This document shows, piece after piece, positions 1-6,611 of a DNA stretch of 6,611 nucleotides. How positions within the stretch are numbered: position 1 is the stretch's first letter; each line of letters opens with the position of its first letter. Made by a program: the position numbers and the translations under genes. This DNA comes from a virus (taxonomy: Duplodnaviria > Heunggongvirae > Uroviricota > Caudoviricetes), in the IMG/VR virus record IMGVR_UViG_2744054854_000002; one strand, given 5' to 3'. Below the pieces are notes generated by a model. It worked only from the letters and a program-made list of their open reading frames with translations. It did not search any database and had not been told where the DNA came from.

Positions 1-99
1 GTGGCGGCGGCACAGTTGGTGTGGCGGCCTCAGTCCGGAACAATTTGAAAACAAGAACCTCGCTTAGGCCTGTGTCCATATTACGTGGGTAGGATCATC

Positions 100-255
100 A
101 TGCGTGAATATCCAAATGGCGAAAAAACACACCTTACTGTAATGGCCGCAGGGTTTCCATCTCTGACCGGAGATCATAAAGTCATTTATGTAGCCGCGGA
201 TCGACATGTTACTTCAGAAGAAATTCTGGAAGCAGCAATAAGGCTCTTGAGTTGA
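100..255 (+). CDS. ynfN: Small 51-aa protein, YnfN-like (Qin-type prophage small protein)
   Basis: ATG at 100-102 with AGGA at 91-94 (5-nt spacer); 51 codons to TGA at 253-255; translation MREYPNGEKTHLTVMAAGFPSLTGDHKVIYVAADRHVTSEEILEAAIRLLS. Too short for the supplied ORF track. Identity rests on memory of K-12 YnfN and on the conserved neighbourhood (gnsB, ydfO, ynfO, Nu1 homolog). Confidence 0.5.
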   Translation: MREYPNGEKTHLTVMAAGFPSLTGDHKVIYVAADRHVTSEEILEAAIRLLS

Positions 256-348
256 TTTGATGCTATTGCATTGATAATTCAGGAAAATTCTCTTTGTCTG
301 TTTGTGTAAAATTTAGACTATCGTATGTTGATTATTGCGATGTTTCAT

Positions 349-395
349 CTTATCTTTTACACGTTTGCACCATATAATCGACTTACTGTGTAACT
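349..395 (+). promoter_or_regulatory. Candidate sigma70 promoter for the gnsB-like gene
   Basis: Perfect -10 hexamer TATAAT at 373-378; weak -35 candidate TTATCT at 350-355 (17-bp spacer); TTGCAC at 365-370 is an alternative -35 for a downstream -10. AT-rich intergenic region upstream of the ATG at 427. Sequence-pattern only. Confidence 0.3.
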
Positions 396-426
396 GGAAA
401 GTCATAACAGACTAAAAGAGGAAATG

Positions 427-599
427 ATGAATATTGAAAACTTAAAAACAAAAGCAGAAGCAGATATTTCTGAATATATAACAAAAAAATTATTGAACTT
501 AAGAAAAAGACCGGGAAAGAAGTTACCAGTATTCAGTTTACCGCACGGGAAAAAATGACGGGTCTTGAAAGCTATGATGTCAAGATTAATTTAATCTGA
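427..599 (+). pseudogene. gnsB: GnsB/GnsA-family gene with a frameshift in an A7 homopolymer
   Basis: ATG at 427 with SD-like AGAGGA at 417-422. Frame A reads MNIENLKTKAEADISEYITKK then runs to TGA at 556-558. The other frame, from the A-run at 483-489 onward, reads IIELKKKTGKEVTSIQFTAREKMTGLESYDVKINLI and ends at TGA 597-599. Together they give 57 residues colinear with GnsB as I recall it (MNIEELKKQAETEIADFIAQKIAELNKNTGKEVSEIRFTAREKMTGLESYDVKIKIM). Span is 173 nt; 174 (A8) would restore one frame. Confidence 0.6.
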
Positions 600-626
600 T
601 GTATTCAATAATAAAATTTATCCATA

Positions 627-657
627 AACCTCGTTTTTACGGGGTTTTGTTATATTT
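627..657 (+). terminator. Candidate rho-independent terminator downstream of the gnsB-like gene
   Basis: Stem AACCUCG (627-633) pairs with CGGGGUU (640-646) including one G-U pair; 6-nt loop UUUUUA; followed by UUUUGUUAUAUUU. Orientation-specific: the reverse strand is followed by an A-rich tract. Confidence 0.35.
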
Positions 658-713
658 GAATGGTTCCGAATATCTAAATCACAATTGTTGATGGTTTTTA
701 TTAAACCAATGCA

Positions 714-742
714 GTCCGGCTCAGGAGTGAGAGAAGCCGGAC
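714..742 (-). terminator. Possible weak terminator hairpin after the ydfO-like gene
   Basis: Perfect 8-bp inverted repeat GTCCGGCT (714-721) / AGCCGGAC (735-742) with a 13-nt loop, just 3' of the minus-strand stop at 751-753. No clean U-tract follows on the minus strand, so weak. Confidence 0.2.
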
Positions 743-750
743 GTTATGGT

Positions 751-1161
751 TTAGCGTGGTAAGATCTGTGTAGTTTTCTGGATGCTTTCAGTAAATAGTA
801 ATAAATTATCAAAGGTATAGTAATATCTTTTTTGTTCGTGGATATTTGTAACCCACCGAAAAACTCCTGCTTTAGCAAGGTTTCTTCTGTATTCCTGAAA
901 TGTGATCTCTCTGGATTTCAGCTTATTAGAGGTCGTTTCTATAAGATGCCTATCCTTTGAAAATTTGACAGACACAATGTTTTTTAGGCCCTTTAATAAC
1001 ACTGTATTATCATTTTTTAATACAATATGAACATTCTCTGTGGCTAAATAGTAAATGTAATGTGAGACATTGTGACGTTTTAGCTCAGAATAAAACCATT
1101 GATAGTTTAAATCGTTTCGAACTTTATCAAATATTTGTTTAAAAATGACTACCTGATCCAT
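751..1161 (-). CDS. ydfO: DUF1398-family prophage protein (YdfO/YbcV-like, often labelled putative envelope protein), 136 aa from the second ATG
   Basis: Track ORF 751..1176 (141 aa). The first ATG is preceded by C-rich sequence with no SD. The second ATG (1159-1161) has GGAAGG with a 7-nt spacer, giving [18 protein letters not shown]... Family assignment is from memory of K-12 YdfO/YbcV and from gene order. Confidence 0.7.
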   Translation of the reverse strand: MDQVVIFKQIFDKVRNDLNYQWFYSELKRHNVSHYIYYLATENVHIVLKNDNTVLLKGLKNIVSVKFSKDRHLIETTSNKLKSREITFQEYRRNLAKAGVFRWVTNIHEQKRYYYTFDNLLLFTESIQKTTQILPR

Positions 1162-1218
1162 AGATAAACCTTCCATGTGATATGAGGGGGCGTAGTCTGC
1201 ACGATTATCTAAATTTCT

Positions 1219-1452
1219 TCAATCTGGTCTGACCTGTTTTCTGAGCAATTCAGTAATGTCACTCTTTTCTTTGTTTGCTTCAGAAGAAACTCTTTTTTCT
1301 GAGCACAGTCTCCGGCGGCAGGCTTCAATGACCCAGGCTGAGAAATTCCCGGACCCTTTTTGCTCAAGAGCGATGTTAATTTGTTCAATCATTTGGTTAG
1401 GAAAGCGGATGTTGCGGGTTGTTGTTCTGCGGGTTCTGTTCTTCGTTGACAT
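1219..1452 (-). CDS. ynfO: 77-aa ribbon-helix-helix-like small protein (YnfO-like), immediately upstream of the ydfO-like gene on the same strand
   Basis: Track ORF 1219..1452. Basic N-terminus MSTKNRTRRTTTRNIRFP followed by NQMIEQINIALEQKG and SGNFSAWVIEACRRRL, matching the beta-strand/helix/G-turn/helix pattern of Arc/MetJ/CopG folds (visual inspection only). 42-bp gap to the ydfO start. No strong SD. Confidence 0.55.
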   Translation of the reverse strand: MSTKNRTRRTTTRNIRFPNQMIEQINIALEQKGSGNFSAWVIEACRRRLCSEKRVSSEANKEKSDITELLRKQVRPD

Positions 1453-1640
1453 GAGGTTGTCCCGTATTCAGTGTCGCTGATTTGTATTGTCTGAAGTTGT
1501 TTTTACGTTAAGTTGATGCAGATCAATTAATACGATATCTGCGTCATAATTGATTATTTGACGTGGTTTGATTGCGTAGATGCACGTTGTGACATGCAGA
1601 TGATAATTATTATCATTTTGCGGGTCCTTTCCGGCGATCC

Positions 1641-1674
1641 GACAGGTTACGGGGCGGCGACCTCGCGGGTTTTC
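1641..1674. other. cosN: lambda-type cohesive-end nicking site
   Basis: CGACAGGTTACG (lambda right-end terminus) abuts GGGCGGCGACCT (lambda left-end 12-nt cohesive end, 1652-1663) then CGCGGGTTTTCGCTATTTATGAAAA. Flanking 1453-1650 is colinear with the lambda right end as I recall it, with scattered substitutions; this includes the cosQ region. Confidence 0.85.
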
Positions 1675-1694
1675 GCTATTTATGAAAATTTTCC

Positions 1695-1820
1695 GGTTTA
1701 AGGCATTTCCGTTCTTCTTCGTCGTAACTTAATGTTTTTATTTAAAATACCCCCTGAAAAGAAAGGAAACGACAGGTGCTGAAAACGAGCTTTTGGGCCT
1801 CTGTCGTTTCCTTTCTCTGT
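1695..1820 (+). other. cosB: terminase small-subunit binding region (R3, A/T-rich IHF-type bend region, R2, R1)
   Basis: R-element-like motifs CATTTCCGTTCTTCTTC (1704-1720, R3), GAAAGGAAACGACAG (1761-1775, R2, inverted) and CTGTCGTTTCCTTTC (1801-1815, R1). R2 and R1 are a perfect 15-bp inverted repeat separated by 25 bp. A/T-rich stretch 1725-1750 lies between R3 and R2. Position between cosN and Nu1 matches lambda. Confidence 0.75.
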
Positions 1821-1840
1821 TTTTGGCCGTGGAATGAACA

Positions 1841-2360
1841 ATGGAAGTCAACAAAAAGCAGCTGGCTGACATTTTCGGTGCGAGTATCCGTACCATTCAG
1901 AACTGGCAGGAACAGGGAATGCCCGTTCTGCGAGGCGGTGGCAAGGGTAATGAGGTGCTTTATGACTCTGCCGCCGTTATAAGATGGTATGCCGAAAGGG
2001 ATGCTGAAATTGAGAACGAAAAGCTGCGCCGGGAAGTTGAAGAACTGCGGCAGGCCAGCGAGACAGATCTCCAGCCAGGGACTATTGAGTACGAACGCCA
2101 TCGACTTACGCGTGCGCAGGCCGACGCACAGGAGCTGAAAAATGCCAGAGACTCCGCTGAAGTGGTGGAAACCGCATTCTGTACTTTCGTGCTGTCGCGG
2201 ATCGCAGGTGAAATTGCCAGTATTCTCGACGGGATCCCCCTGTCGGTGCAGCGGCGTTTTCCGGAACTGGAAAACCGACATGTTGATTTCCTGAAACGGG
2301 ATATCATCAAAGCCATGAACAAAGCAGCCGCGCTGGATGAACTGATACCGGGGTTGCTGA

Positions 2361-2386
<26 letters not shown>
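1841..2386 (+). CDS. nu1: Terminase small subunit gpNu1 (181 aa)
   Basis: Track ORF 1841..2386; MEVNKKQLADIFGASIRTIQNWQEQGMPV... matches the N-terminal winged-HTH of lambda Nu1 as recalled. Near-identical to lambda along its length; 26-nt overlap with A as in lambda. Confidence 0.95.
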
Positions 2387-5118
<2,732 letters not shown>

Positions 5119-5284
5119 CGCCACGACGGCATCCACGAAGGCGACAGAGGCAGCTGGCAGTGCGACGGCAGCAGCTCAGAGCAAAAGTACGGCGGAATCT
5201 GCAGCAACGCGCGCTGAGACAGCGGCAAAACGGGCAGAGGATATTGCATCCGCCGTGGCGCTTGAGGATGCGAGCACGACGAAA

Positions 5285-5497
5285 AAGGGGATAGTACAGC
5301 TCAGCAGTGCGACCAACAGCACTTCCGAGTCACTGGCGGCAACGCCAAAAGCCGTTAAGGCCGCGTATGACCTGGCTAACGGGAAATACACCGCACAGGA
5401 TGCAACGACAGCACAGAAAGGGATAATCCAGCTAAGCAGCGCGACCAACAGCACGTCTGAAACGCTGGCGGCAACGCCAAAGGCAGTAAAAGCAGCC
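5285..5497 (+). repeat. Tandem in-frame duplication of the conserved tail-fiber motif (two ~81-bp copies, 132-bp period) inside stf
   Basis: Copy 1 at 5285-5365 encodes [27 protein letters not shown]; copy 2 at 5417-5497 encodes [27 protein letters not shown]. Nucleotide copies are similar but not identical. Lambda Stf, as I recall it, has one copy. Confidence 0.8.
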
Positions 5498-6611
5498 AAT
5501 GACAATGCTGAGAAACGTCTGCAGAAAGATCAGAACGGTGCGGATATCCCTGGCAAAGACACCTTTACGAAAAATATTGGTGCCTGCCGTGCCTTCGGTG
5601 GGTCAGTAAGCACAACAACAGGAAACTGGACGACTGCACAGTTTATCGAGTGGCTGGATTCTCAGGGAGCATTTAACCATCCATACTGGATGTGCAAGGG
5701 TTCCTGGTCTTATGGCAATAATAAAATCATTACTGATACTGGCTGCGGTAATATTCATCTCGCCGGAGCTGTCATTGAAGTAATGGGGATAAAGTCAGCG
5801 ATGACGATCCGCATTACCACACCGACCACCTCCACTGGTGGTGGAACAACTAACGCCCAGTTTACCTATATTAATCACGGAACAGATTATTCACCTGGCT
5901 GGCGAAGGGACTATAACTCCAGAAATAAGCCAACGGCATCAGAGATCGGGGCGTTACCGTCAGGTGGAACAGCAGTATCATCAGTTAATCTGTCTTCAAA
6001 AGGTCGGGTAACCGCGCTGACAGACAATACGCAGGGGGCAACAGGTCTTGAGTTATACGAGGTGTATAACAACGGATATCCAACAGCGTATGGAAATATC
6101 ATTCACCTGAAAGGGATGACAGCCGTTGGCGAAGGTGAGTTACTCATCGGCTGGAGTGGTACAAGCGGTGCTCATGCTCCGGCATTTATTCGTTCACGAC
6201 GGGATACGACCGACGCAAACTGGTCGCCGTGGGCGCAGCTTTACACCTCGGCTCATCCTCCTGCAGAGTTTTATCCAGTCGGTGCACCAATCCCGTGGCC
6301 ATCAGATACCGTTCCGTCTGGTTATGCCCTGATGCAGGGGCAGACTTTTGACAAATCTGCTTACCCGAAACTTGCAGCCGCTTATCCGTCAGGCGTGATC
6401 CCTGATATGCGTGGCTGGACGATTAAGGGCAAGCCCGCCAGTGATCGAGCCGTATTGTCTCAGGAACAGGACGGCATTAAATCACACACCCACAGCGCCA
6501 GCGTATCCAGTACGGATTTGGGGACGAAAACCACATCGTCGTTTGATTACGGCACTAAATCCACGAATAACACTGGTGCGCATACCCATAGTGTTAGCGG
6601 TACGGCTGCTT

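Noticed and set aside
1-99. Possible 3' end of an upstream gene or a promoter for the ynfN-like ORF
   Set aside because: No frame gave a recognisable C-terminus (a CspI-like end was specifically looked for and not found), and no convincing -35/-10 pair was present.
325-393. 22-codon hydrophobic mini-ORF (MLIIAMFHLIFYTFAPYNRLTV)
   Set aside because: No SD, and it overlaps the candidate gnsB promoter. Chance ORFs of this size are expected in AT-rich intergenic DNA. A type I toxin-like peptide cannot be excluded, but evidence is insufficient.
424-426. First ATG (424) as the gnsB start
   Set aside because: The SD-like AGAGGA is only 2 nt upstream of it; the ATG at 427 has proper spacing and gives the expected MNIE… N-terminus.
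1174-1176. First ATG of the ydfO-like ORF (141-aa form)
   Set aside because: Preceded by C-rich sequence without an SD; the second ATG has GGAAGG at ideal spacing and gives the expected 136-aa length.
1256-1480. 74-aa plus-strand ORF
   Set aside because: Antisense to the ynfO-like gene and extends into cos-flanking sequence. The minus-strand frame has the recognisable RHH pattern and matches the expected gene order.
1742-2322. Minus-strand ORFs 1742..2281 and 1960..2322, and plus-strand ORF 1776..1982, overlapping cosB and Nu1
   Set aside because: They overlap the well-supported Nu1 gene and the cosB sites, and have no SD or recognisable motifs.
5285-5497. Direct repeats considered as a possible CRISPR-like or attachment-site repeat
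   Set aside because: Only two imperfect copies, in frame inside a coding sequence, encoding a known conserved tail-fiber motif.
5176-5505. 109-aa minus-strand ORF with an internal repeat
   Set aside because: It is the antisense image of the duplicated tail-fiber motif; its repeat simply mirrors the coding-strand duplication.
5911-6332. Short ORFs 5911..6102 (-) and 6126..6332 (+)
   Set aside because: Both are out of frame with or antisense to the continuous tail-fiber reading frame and show no independent signals.

Overview
This window is the cos-proximal region of a defective lambdoid prophage, with the same gene order as the E. coli K-12 Qin prophage (identified from memory; no search was run). 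The left ~1.65 kb is visibly AT-rich and carries small accessory genes: a YnfN-like 51-aa ORF, a GnsB-like 57-codon gene broken by a frameshift in an A7 tract, and a minus-strand pair (YnfO-like RHH protein upstream of a YdfO/YbcV-like DUF1398 protein). At ~1652 lies a lambda-type cos site, followed by near-lambda-identical Nu1, A and W genes. Portal gene B stops after 210 codons, where it is joined out of frame to the middle of a side-tail-fiber (stf) gene that runs off the window end. All head and tail-shaft genes that lie between B and stf in lambda are absent. The strongest candidates for something undescribed are the YnfO/YdfO two-gene module and the YnfN/GnsB pair; both are hypotheses from sequence features, not demonstrated systems. 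No tRNA, rRNA, CRISPR array or IS element was seen.
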